NCBI GenBank assembly: GCA_037147375.1
Contig: JBAWVI010000018.1
Span: forward strand, 1 to 12,846
Direction of reading: 5' to 3'
DNA length: 12,846 nt
From: an archaeon
GTDB lineage: Archaea > Iainarchaeota > Iainarchaeia > Iainarchaeales > CSSED10-239
Shown here in pieces: positions 1-7,301 of this stretch; the first letter of the stretch is position 1, and each line of letters starts with the position of its first letter. The position numbers and the translations under genes are program-made. The notes beneath the pieces were generated by a model. That model worked only from the letters and a program-made list of their open reading frames with translations, was not told where the DNA came from and ran no database searches.

Positions 1-1
1 G

Positions 2-1048
2 AGAGCATCAGTTATTTATGAAGAAACAATAGATGCCACAGCTAAGTTTTTTAATTGCAAACGAGAAGAAGTAATATTTACAAATAATTCCACTGATTCA
101 ATTAATATGGTTTCTCAATCTTTACTTTTATCAAACTATTTTAAGAAAGGAGATGAAATTCTTCTAACGGTTATGGAGCATCATGCAAACTTAGTTCCTT
201 GGCAGGTTCTTTCTCAAAGGTTAGGACTTAAGCTTAAGTTCATTGAAATTAAAAAGGATTTTACTCTTGATTATGAAGATTTTAGAAATAAGTTATCTAA
301 GAAAACTAAGTTTGTTGCAGTAACACATATTTCAAACACAATTGCAACTAAAAATAACATAGACTTAATAATTAAAGAAGCACATGAGTTTGGATCTCTT
401 GTTTTTATAGATGGTTCACAGAGTGCACCACATGAAAAACAAGATTTTAAGAAGATGAATGCAGATTTCTTTGTGTGCACCATGCATAAAATGCTAGGGC
501 CTACAGGAATTGGTATCTTACTTGCAAAAGAACCTCTTCTCAAGAAACTATCTCCAACAAGATTTGGAGGAGACATGGTTTCAAAGGTTACTTTACAAAA
601 ATCTGAGTGGAATACACTTCCTTACAAGTTCATGGCAGGAACTCCAAATATTTCTGGTGTTTTTGGAACTAAATCAGCTCTTGAATATTTAACAAAGGTT
701 GGTCTTGATAATATTCATAAACATGATAAAGAACTTCTTTCATATGCTCTGAAAAGAACAAAAGAAATTGATAACCTCGCACTATATAATCCAGGAGATT
801 CAAACAAGCAAGGATCTATTCTTCTTTTCTCTCTTAAGGGAATAGCATGTACTGATTTATCAGCTCTTCTAGACGATATGTCAGGAATAGCAACAAGAGC
901 AGGAATGCATTGTGCAGAGCCAATAGTTTCAAGATTTAGTAAAGAAGGTTTAACAAGAGCTTCCTTCTATCTTTATAACACAAAAGAAGAAGTAGATATC
1001 TTCATAGATTCATTAAAGAAGGTAGATAAGATAGTAAATAAGAAATAA
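2..1048 (+). CDS. sufS: Cysteine desulfurase, SufS/class V aminotransferase family (5' end truncated by the window edge)
   Basis: The reading frame is open from position 2 (RASVIYEETIDATAKFFNCKREEVIFTNNSTDSIN precedes the ORF-track Met at 107). Family motifs are present: HHANLVPWQ, THISNT and DGSQSAPH. The PLP-lysine context is TMHKMLGPTGIG and the catalytic-Cys loop is RAGMHCAEP. The stop codon TAA is at 1046-1048. Confidence 0.88.
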   Translation, partial: RASVIYEETIDATAKFFNCKREEVIFTNNSTDSINMVSQSLLLSNYFKKGDEILLTVMEHHANLVPWQVLSQRLGLKLKFIEIKKDFTLDYEDFRNKLSKKTKFVAVTHISNTIATKNNIDLIIKEAHEFGSLVFIDGSQSAPHEKQDFKKMNADFFVCTMHKMLGPTGIGILLAKEPLLKKLSPTRFGGDMVSKVTLQKSEWNTLPYKFMAGTPNISGVFGTKSALEYLTKVGLDNIHKHDKELLSYALKRTKEIDNLALYNPGDSNKQGSILLFSLKGIACTDLSALLDDMSGIATRAGMHCAEPIVSRFSKEGLTRASFYLYNTKEEVDIFIDSLKKVDKIVNKK

Positions 1049-1085
1049 GCACTCTTTTTAAATATTTAATCTCCTTTCTTTACTC

Positions 1086-1109
1086 ATAAATATATTTATA
1101 AATATATTT
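1086..1109. repeat. Exact tandem duplication of the 12-mer ATAAATATATTT in the sufS/top6B intergenic region
   Basis: I read it directly at 1086-1097 and 1098-1109. It is followed by an 11-mer, TATATTTCTAT, that occurs at 1113-1123 and again at 1150-1160. This is low-complexity AT-rich promoter DNA, so any function is uncertain. Confidence 0.5.
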
Positions 1110-1180
1110 AAGTATATTTCTATATATAATATATATAGACAAACTAGATTATATTTCTATTTATAAAAACGTGATAATAA

Positions 1181-2935
1181 ATGGTTGAACAAGATAAAAA
1201 AGAAGAAACTAAGCTTAAAGATAATGGTAAGGATGGAATAGACGCAGATGTTCTTTTCACTGAATTTAAAGAACACTCAGTTGCAGATTTCTTTAAAAAA
1301 AATAGACAAATGCTTGGACTTTACGGTAAGCAAAGAACTTTAACAACAATTGTTCATGAACTTGTAACAAATTCTTTAGATGCTTGTGAAGAAGCAGGTA
1401 TTCTTCCTGATATAGAGGTTAAAATCTCAGAGATAGGAGATGAATACTATGAGATAGGTGTTATTGATAATGGTCCAGGAATACCTGAAGAAAAAATAGG
1501 GTCTGCATTAGGTAAACTTTTAGCAGGAACTAAGTTTCATAGACTTGTTCAAACAAGAGGTCAACAAGGAATAGGAGTTTCAGGAATTATTCTTTTCTCA
1601 CAAATAACAACAGGAAAACCAACTAAAGTAATTTCAGGAACAAACAATGGAAAAACAGTTTCTCTTGAAATCTCAATAGACTCAAAAACAAATTCTCCAA
1701 AGATTACAGATAAGCATTATTTAGAAAAAAAGTTCAGAGGAACAGCAATTAGATCTAAGTTTAAAGAAATACAATATAAGAAAGGGCAATCTTCAGTTGA
1801 TGAATATTTAAGAAGAACCGCAATTTCAAATCCACATGCAACAATTAAGTTTGAAGATCCTTTCCAAGAAATTACTGAATATAAAAGATCAGTTAAGGTT
1901 ATGCCAAAAATACCAACTCAAGTTAAACCACACCCTAGAGGAGTAACTGTTGATGAAATGGTTTCTTTAGCAAGATACACACAAGCAAGAAAGGTTTCAA
2001 GTTATTTAATGCAAACATTTGATAGATTTGGACAAACTGCAGTTGATAATGTTGAAAAATTAATTCATTTTGATATTAATAAAGATCCAAAAAAATTAAC
2101 TTGGGAAGAAGCTGAAGAGATAGTTCATGCAATTAAAGAAACTAAGTTCATTGCACCAAACACAGATAACCTAGTTCCAATCGGAGAAGAGTTTATTGAA
2201 AAATCTCTTAAGTCAATTGTTAACCCTGAATTTTGTTTTGTTTATACAAGAAAACCATCTGTTTACAAAGGTGGATATGCATTTCAAGTTGAAGTTGGAC
2301 TTGCTTATGGTGGAAACGCAGGAAGATTAATTTCAATTGAAGCTCCTGAGAAACCAAAGAATGCAAAACCAAAGAAAGATAAAAACGGTAAAATAATAAT
2401 TGAAGAAGAAGAAAAACCAAAAGAAATTAGAGCATCAGAAGTAATTAGGTATGCAAATAAAGCTCCTCTTTTGTTTGATGCTGGTGGATGTGCAATCACA
2501 AAGACTGTAGATTCAATAGATTGGAGAAGATATGGTATTCAAAACTTTGATACAAGTCCTTCAACTGTTTTTGTTAACTTAATCTCAGTTCATATTCCAT
2601 ACACAAGTGCAGGAAAATCCGCAATTGCAGATGAAGAAGAAATTTTAACAGAAACAAAACTTGCTCTTCAAGATGTTGCAAGAAGACTTGGAACATATAT
2701 TATTCAAAAGAGAAGAGAAGAAGATAAGAAAGAAAAAAGAAAAGTATTTGCAAAGTATGCTCCTGAGGTTGTTAAGGCATTAGTTCACACAACTGGTGCT
2801 GATGGTAAAATGTTACAGAAAAACTTGGACAAAATGGTTCTTGAAAAGCTTAAGATGGATGATGAGGCTGAAGCAAGAGGAGAAAAGATCCAAGATGATT
2901 ATTCTGAAGATAAATTATCAAGTGATGATGAATAG
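1181..2935 (+). CDS. top6B: DNA topoisomerase VI subunit B (GHKL ATPase)
   Basis: Bergerat-fold N-box ELVTNSLDA (Asn codon at 1370-1372) and G1 box DNGPGIP are present, followed by QQGIGVSG. There is an H2TH-like segment (HPRGVTVDEMVSLARYTQARKVSSYL). The transducer region carries RYANKAPLLFDAGGC and the switch-lysine context PYTSAGKSAIA. GTGAT lies 5 nt upstream of the ATG and is SD-like. The gene sits directly upstream of top6A, as is typical. Confidence 0.95.
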   Translation: MVEQDKKEETKLKDNGKDGIDADVLFTEFKEHSVADFFKKNRQMLGLYGKQRTLTTIVHELVTNSLDACEEAGILPDIEVKISEIGDEYYEIGVIDNGPGIPEEKIGSALGKLLAGTKFHRLVQTRGQQGIGVSGIILFSQITTGKPTKVISGTNNGKTVSLEISIDSKTNSPKITDKHYLEKKFRGTAIRSKFKEIQYKKGQSSVDEYLRRTAISNPHATIKFEDPFQEITEYKRSVKVMPKIPTQVKPHPRGVTVDEMVSLARYTQARKVSSYLMQTFDRFGQTAVDNVEKLIHFDINKDPKKLTWEEAEEIVHAIKETKFIAPNTDNLVPIGEEFIEKSLKSIVNPEFCFVYTRKPSVYKGGYAFQVEVGLAYGGNAGRLISIEAPEKPKNAKPKKDKNGKIIIEEEEKPKEIRASEVIRYANKAPLLFDAGGCAITKTVDSIDWRRYGIQNFDTSPSTVFVNLISVHIPYTSAGKSAIADEEEILTETKLALQDVARRLGTYIIQKRREEDKKEKRKVFAKYAPEVVKALVHTTGADGKMLQKNLDKMVLEKLKMDDEAEARGEKIQDDYSEDKLSSDDE

Positions 2936-2955
2936 ATATTTAGAAGTTGATTAAT

Positions 2956-4110
2956 ATGGTTGAAAAAAAAGATAAGAAAGAAGTGCATAAGCAGAAGCTT
3001 GAAAAGTACGAGGTTGAAACAAGTAAGGAGATTGCTGATAAACTTCAAAACATAGCAACAAACATTGTTCACCAAATTGAGCATAATCATTCTCCAACCT
3101 TTTCAACAAGAGTTAGAGGATTATCAAATGTATACTTTGATGAAAAGGAAGGGTATATTCAATTAGGAGATAAAACAGTTACTCGTCCTTTCCTAAACCT
3201 TGGTGCTGCAAGAAAGTTTATGCAAACAATGATTGTTAATGATAAATGTTGTGAATACTTAAAGCATGATAAGACTGCATCAATCAGAGAAATTTATTAC
3301 GAACTTAAACACACTGTTGAAAACACAAAAGAAAACACATTTGATGCACAAGAAGAATCAAATGATGTTATAGTTGATTTAGAACATTCAGTAAATACAA
3401 TTAGAGAAAAGCTTGGGCTTCATGCTGAACCTCGTGGTTCTTTATATGGAGATATTACTTTAAAAGATTTAAAACACAATAATGATGTTTTCAATTGTAA
3501 TTCATTAGGACGTGGTGGATGGTCAATCATGTCGAGAATTGAGCCTGAGGAAGTTGAAATTGTTGATGTTCAAGCAGAAATGGTTTTAGTTATTGAAACT
3601 GCTGCAATGTATAATAGATTAATTGAAGAAAGATATGCACACAAGCATAAAGCTATTCTTGTAGGAACTTCTGGACAAGCAGCAAGAGGAGCAAGAAGAT
3701 TAATACATAGACTTCATTATGAATTTAAACTTCCAGTTGTTGTTTTTACTGATGGAGATCCTTATGGTTGGTACATTTATTCAGTTTTAAAAAGTGGATC
3801 AATGGCACTTGCAGCTCACTCAAAATATCTCGCAGTACCTGATGCTAAGTATGTTGGAATGACATTAACTGATGTTGAAACATACGGACTTCAAAACGTA
3901 ACTGAAAAGATGAAAGATGGAGATGTAAAGAGAGCAAAAGAAATGCTTGATTATCAATGGTTCAAGTCAAAAGAATGGCAAGAACAATTAAAGATTGCAA
4001 TAGATAAGAAGATAAGAATTGAGCAACAGGCTCTTGCAAACAAATCACTTGATTTCGTTGCAAAGAAATATCTTCCAGAAAAAATAGAAAATAAGATATT
4101 CTTAGATTAA
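2956..4110 (+). CDS. top6A: DNA topoisomerase VI subunit A (Spo11 homolog)
   Basis: The 5Y-CAP catalytic tyrosine motif SIREIYYEL is present (second Tyr codon at 3298-3300). The Toprim glutamate is in VLVIETAAMY and the DxD motif is in FTDGDPYGWYIY. The ORF-track start at 2947 is TTG inside an SD-like TTGAT. I prefer the ATG at 2956 (MVEKK...). Confidence 0.94.
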   Translation: MVEKKDKKEVHKQKLEKYEVETSKEIADKLQNIATNIVHQIEHNHSPTFSTRVRGLSNVYFDEKEGYIQLGDKTVTRPFLNLGAARKFMQTMIVNDKCCEYLKHDKTASIREIYYELKHTVENTKENTFDAQEESNDVIVDLEHSVNTIREKLGLHAEPRGSLYGDITLKDLKHNNDVFNCNSLGRGGWSIMSRIEPEEVEIVDVQAEMVLVIETAAMYNRLIEERYAHKHKAILVGTSGQAARGARRLIHRLHYEFKLPVVVFTDGDPYGWYIYSVLKSGSMALAAHSKYLAVPDAKYVGMTLTDVETYGLQNVTEKMKDGDVKRAKEMLDYQWFKSKEWQEQLKIAIDKKIRIEQQALANKSLDFVAKKYLPEKIENKIFLD

Positions 4111-4131
4111 GTTCTAAGAATATAATCTTTC

Positions 4132-4680
4132 TTATTTAAAATAATCTATTCTACTTTTTTGTCTATATGATGCTCTAGTTACTTCTGCTTTTATATTTTC
4201 AAGAAACTTAGCTAGTTCTCCTAAATTTTTTGAGCCTTCTCCTTTAGCATCTAGTGTTCTCTTAATTTCTCTGACTAAGCTACTTGTATATTCTTTTTCT
4301 ATCTTTTGAAAATAAGTAGCATTATGTACTTTTGAATTTTGGATTATATTATTTATTTCTTTATTTAGTTCTGTAATTCTTTTTAAGTGTGTTCCTTTAA
4401 ATCTATCAAGAGGAATTCTAATTCCAAGTTCGTTTATTAATCGTTGTATAAGTTCTTCTCTTTTTCCTAAATTTGCTTCAAAAATTTCACCAGCAATTGC
4501 GTATCTCGTCTTATTATTCTCTAACATCTTTCTTTCCTTTATTTTTTCTGAAAGCTTATCTTTTAAGTCATATTTAATTGCAAGCGATGCTTTCTTAGAT
4601 TCTTTATTTAGGGTAGCTTTTTCTTTTTGCAATCTTTCAAGTAATTGCATTTTTGGTTTATAATTTGGTTTTCCTGGCAT
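4132..4680 (-). CDS. Hypothetical Lys/Glu-rich helical protein, paralog family member P1
   Basis: This is a long ORF with no competing frame. A perfect GGAGG sits 8 nt upstream of the ATG at 4680 (minus strand reads ttGGAGGaattaattATG). The ORF-track start at 4695 is the TTG that overlaps this SD element. P1 shares the N-terminal motif (..LLERLQKEK) and the central motif YFQKIEKEYTSSL (4276-4314) with the ORFs at 4707-5225 and 7302-7835. Confidence 0.7.
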   Translation of the reverse strand: MPGKPNYKPKMQLLERLQKEKATLNKESKKASLAIKYDLKDKLSEKIKERKMLENNKTRYAIAGEIFEANLGKREELIQRLINELGIRIPLDRFKGTHLKRITELNKEINNIIQNSKVHNATYFQKIEKEYTSSLVREIKRTLDAKGEGSKNLGELAKFLENIKAEVTRASYRQKSRIDYFK

Positions 4681-4706
4681 AATTAATTCCTCCAATATTT
4701 TAATTA

Positions 4707-5225
4707 TTATTTTTTCCTATTTCTTTGTCTTTCAATAGCCTTAATCAATTCTTGTTTAAATTTAAGTGTATATTCTTTTAATTCAAGTATTTTTTTATTT
4801 ACTTCCTTAATATCTGCAAGAGATGAATAATCAAATTCATACATTAAATTATTGACCTTTGGTCTTAATTCCTTTGTAAACTCTTCATATACTTTTTTAA
4901 AGTAAGGTCCCTCTGTATTTTCTATTGTTTCATTTATTTTTTGGATAAATCCTTTTATTGCAATTAATTCAATTCTACTTTGGTTCTTTTCAGGTAATCT
5001 TTTTAGAAGTTGATCAATCCACTCTATTTTTATGATTTGTTCGTGTTGTATTGTTCTTAATCTATGTTTTTCTTTATAAGTTCTTAATTTTTGTTTTTCT
5101 TCTAATTTTTTATTATTTTCAACTAATTTTTTTTTATTTTGTGTTTTAATTAAAAAAGAATTATTACTATTCAGTTTAGATTCTTTTTCTAATCTTGATA
5201 TTATTGGTATTTTTTTAAGTTGCAT
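4707..5225 (-). CDS. Hypothetical Lys/Glu-rich helical protein, paralog family member P2
   Basis: This ORF lies 26 nt upstream of P1 on the same strand and is probably the first gene of a P2-P1 pair. Its N-terminus is MQLKKIPIISRLEKESK and its central motif is YFKKVYEEFTKEL (4866-4904). It has no SD element, and a TATA-like tract is centred about 26 nt upstream of the ATG, which is compatible with a leaderless mRNA. Confidence 0.68.
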   Translation of the reverse strand: MQLKKIPIISRLEKESKLNSNNSFLIKTQNKKKLVENNKKLEEKQKLRTYKEKHRLRTIQHEQIIKIEWIDQLLKRLPEKNQSRIELIAIKGFIQKINETIENTEGPYFKKVYEEFTKELRPKVNNLMYEFDYSSLADIKEVNKKILELKEYTLKFKQELIKAIERQRNRKK

Positions 5226-5242
5226 AAAAGATTCTAATTTAA

Positions 5243-5258
5243 TTTATATATATTATAT
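5243..5258 (-). promoter_or_regulatory. Putative archaeal TATA box for the P2-P1 transcription unit
   Basis: The minus strand reads ATATAATATATATAAA, located 18-33 nt upstream of the P2 ATG at 5225. This spacing fits an archaeal TATA box positioned near -26 for a leaderless transcript. The surrounding sequence is AT-rich, so specificity is low. Confidence 0.35.
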
Positions 5259-5445
5259 CTATTAACAAATATCTTCTTTAAAGATATATTTTTAAATAGA
5301 TTTACTCAAATATTAGATCTTAGACAATTATGATTTACAACAGCTTGTTTTTTTTGTTGTTCTTATTAATTCTATTTTTAAATCTTTACTCATACTATTA
5401 TATAACTAAATTAAATAATGTGCATGAGGTTTTAAGTGATTAAAT

Positions 5446-6042
5446 ATGGTACCTGAATTATTATCTTTATTTGTTTTATTCTTTGTAATCTTAGATCCGT
5501 TACAAAGTTTCGCATTCTTCTTTGTTAGAACAAATGCTTTAACTAAAAAAGAAAGAGTAAATATCGCTCTTCTTGCAACAGGAATTGCAATAGTTATATT
5601 ATATGCATTTCTTTTCTTTGGAAAAGGAGTACTTGATTTATTTAATACAAACATAGATAGTTTTAGAATAGCTGGTGGTATCTTACTTGCACTTTTAGGA
5701 ATTACAATGTGTGGTTATTTAAAAAGTAATGATGATGATAAGGATAATGCAAAGGATTCACACACAACAATAGCAACTGTTATTGCAACCCCTCTTCTTT
5801 CTGGACCAGCAGCAATAACTGCAACAATCATCTCGGTTGTTGATCATGGAAGATTATTAACTGGAATTGCTATAGGTCTTGTATTACTTTTAACTTTTGG
5901 ATTATTACTTTTATCTGTTGTGTTTAATAAAATACTTAATAAAAGTAAGGTTGCAATCAAGGTAATGACCACAATCTTAGGATTAATTACTCTTGCATGG
6001 GGTATTGATTTCATATTAACTGGACTTCACTTTGTTGTATAA
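5446..6042 (+). CDS. MarC family (UPF0056) integral membrane protein, copy 1
   Basis: The protein is about 198 aa and multi-pass hydrophobic. MarC-family signatures are present: FRIAGGILLALLG, IATVIATPLLSGPAAITATIISV and the C-terminal ILGLITLAWGIDFILTG. For comparison, E. coli MarC has LRIAGGLIVAFIG and PLAMPSTAGPGTIAMIISS. GTGAT lies 5 nt upstream of the ATG. Confidence 0.9.
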   Translation: MVPELLSLFVLFFVILDPLQSFAFFFVRTNALTKKERVNIALLATGIAIVILYAFLFFGKGVLDLFNTNIDSFRIAGGILLALLGITMCGYLKSNDDDKDNAKDSHTTIATVIATPLLSGPAAITATIISVVDHGRLLTGIAIGLVLLLTFGLLLLSVVFNKILNKSKVAIKVMTTILGLITLAWGIDFILTGLHFVV

Positions 6043-6081
6043 AGTGAATGGTTCCATTTCTTTAATTTTAAAGGATTGATT

Positions 6082-6681
6082 ATGGGTATAGACTTTATAA
6101 ATTTATTAGTTTTATTTTTTGTAATAATCGATCCAATCAAAAGTTTTATTTATTTCTTTGTTAAAACAAACACTTTAACAAAACTTGAAAGAAGAAAGAT
6201 TGCATTTCTTTCAATAGGTATTGCTATTGCTCTTCTTTATGTTTTTCTTTTCTTTGGAGCACAGGTTCTTGAAGTTCTAAACATAAACATAAATGTATTT
6301 AGAATTGCAGGAGGTATTCTTTTAGGTTTATCTGGAGCTGCAATGTGTGGAGTTTACCTTTCAAAACCAACAACGAAAGAAGAAGCAAAAGAAGACGAAA
6401 ATCTAACAACCGCAATTGTGATTGCAACTCCTCTTCTAACAGGCCCTGCAGCAATAACTACAGTAATTATCTCTGTTGTTGATAATGGTTTACTTATGAC
6501 TGGTCTTGCAACAGCACTAATATTTGCATTAACTTTAGTTCTTTTCTTATCATCGACTTTCTTTACAAAAATATTTAATAGAAGTAAAGTAACCTTGAGA
6601 GTAATATCTACAATCCTTGGGCTTATAACCTTTGCAAATGGAATTAAGTTTATAATGGTTGGGCTTCACGTGATTGTATAA
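6082..6681 (+). CDS. MarC family (UPF0056) integral membrane protein, copy 2
   Basis: It carries the same signatures: FRIAGGILLGLSG, AIVIATPLLTGPAAITTVIISVVD and ILGLITFANGIKFIMVG. The ORF-track start at 6076 is TTG within the SD-like AAGGATTGAT. I prefer the ATG at 6082. Confidence 0.9.
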   Translation: MGIDFINLLVLFFVIIDPIKSFIYFFVKTNTLTKLERRKIAFLSIGIAIALLYVFLFFGAQVLEVLNININVFRIAGGILLGLSGAAMCGVYLSKPTTKEEAKEDENLTTAIVIATPLLTGPAAITTVIISVVDNGLLMTGLATALIFALTLVLFLSSTFFTKIFNRSKVTLRVISTILGLITFANGIKFIMVGLHVIV

Positions 6682-6699
6682 TTTAAATTTTGATTTTTA

Positions 6700-7290
6700 A
6701 TGTTTCTTACTTACTTTTTGCTTGTTCCTTTATTTTTTGTAATAATTGATCCTATAAGATCATTTGTTTATTTTTTTCTACATACAAATAAATTAAATAA
6801 ATTAGAAAGAAAGAAGATTGGATTTCTTGCAATTATTATTGCTAGTTTAATTTTAATTATATTTGTTATTCTTGGTGAATCTTTTCTTGAATTAATACAC
6901 ATAAACATAAACGTTTTCAGAATTGCAGGAGGAATAATGGTTTCATTATTGGGTTTAAATATAATTGGAATTGTAAATAGACAAGCAAGTCAATATAAGT
7001 TAAATGATGATGTATCAATTGCAACTGTAATTGCAAGTCCTCTTATTGCTGGTCCAGCAGCAATAACAACAACAATAATTTCTGTTGTAGATTATGGAAA
7101 AATAGTAACATTAATCTCTATTCTTACTGTAATAATTATTGTTCTAATATTATTTTTAATTTCAATAAGATTTAGTAAGATATTTGATAACAGTATAATT
7201 TTATTTAAAATAAGTTCAATAATTTTAGGATTAATTACTTTTTCAAATGGAATAAAGTTTATAATGATTGGGCTTCATGTAATAACTTAA
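6700..7290 (+). CDS. MarC family (UPF0056) integral membrane protein, copy 3
   Basis: It carries the same signatures: FRIAGGIMVSLLG, IATVIASPLIAGPAAITTTIISVVD and ILGLITFSNGIKFIMIG. It is closest to copy 2, and the similarity is visible at the nucleotide level (for example ...ataaacataaa.gt.tt.agaattgcaggagg...). Confidence 0.9.
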   Translation: MFLTYFLLVPLFFVIIDPIRSFVYFFLHTNKLNKLERKKIGFLAIIIASLILIIFVILGESFLELIHININVFRIAGGIMVSLLGLNIIGIVNRQASQYKLNDDVSIATVIASPLIAGPAAITTTIISVVDYGKIVTLISILTVIIIVLILFLISIRFSKIFDNSIILFKISSIILGLITFSNGIKFIMIGLHVIT

Positions 7291-7301
7291 AAAGAAGGTT
7301 A

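Noticed and set aside
271-692. ORFs at 271-576 (-) and 510-692 (+) overlap the cysteine desulfurase gene.
   Set aside because: Both lie entirely within the SufS frame, which carries unmistakable family motifs including the PLP lysine and the catalytic Cys. Their translations are low-complexity with no recognisable motif. They are typical shadow ORFs of AT-rich DNA.
2220-3090. Antisense ORFs at 2220-2420, 2305-2499 and 2899-3090 (-) lie within top6B and across the top6B/top6A junction.
   Set aside because: They overlap strongly supported Topo VI coding sequence. Their Phe/Leu-rich translations simply mirror Lys/Glu-rich sense codons. I see no start-site signals for them.
5226-5445. I considered short inverted repeats (ATATCTT...AAGATAT near 5271-5290) and the T8 run at 5348-5355 as a small ncRNA or a terminator.
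   Set aside because: The stems are only 5-7 bp in very AT-rich DNA, and nothing upstream needs terminating between these divergent genes. The evidence is insufficient for an RNA gene or terminator call.
5406-5654. An 82-aa ORF on the minus strand overlaps the MarC1 start.
   Set aside because: It is antisense to the well-supported MarC1 N-terminus. It has no SD or TATA context and no recognisable motif.
5446-7290. I considered whether the three MarC genes are an assembly artefact or collapsed repeat.
   Set aside because: The copies are clearly diverged at both the protein and nucleotide level, with different loop sequences and different lengths, and the intergenic spacers are distinct. This argues for genuine paralogs.
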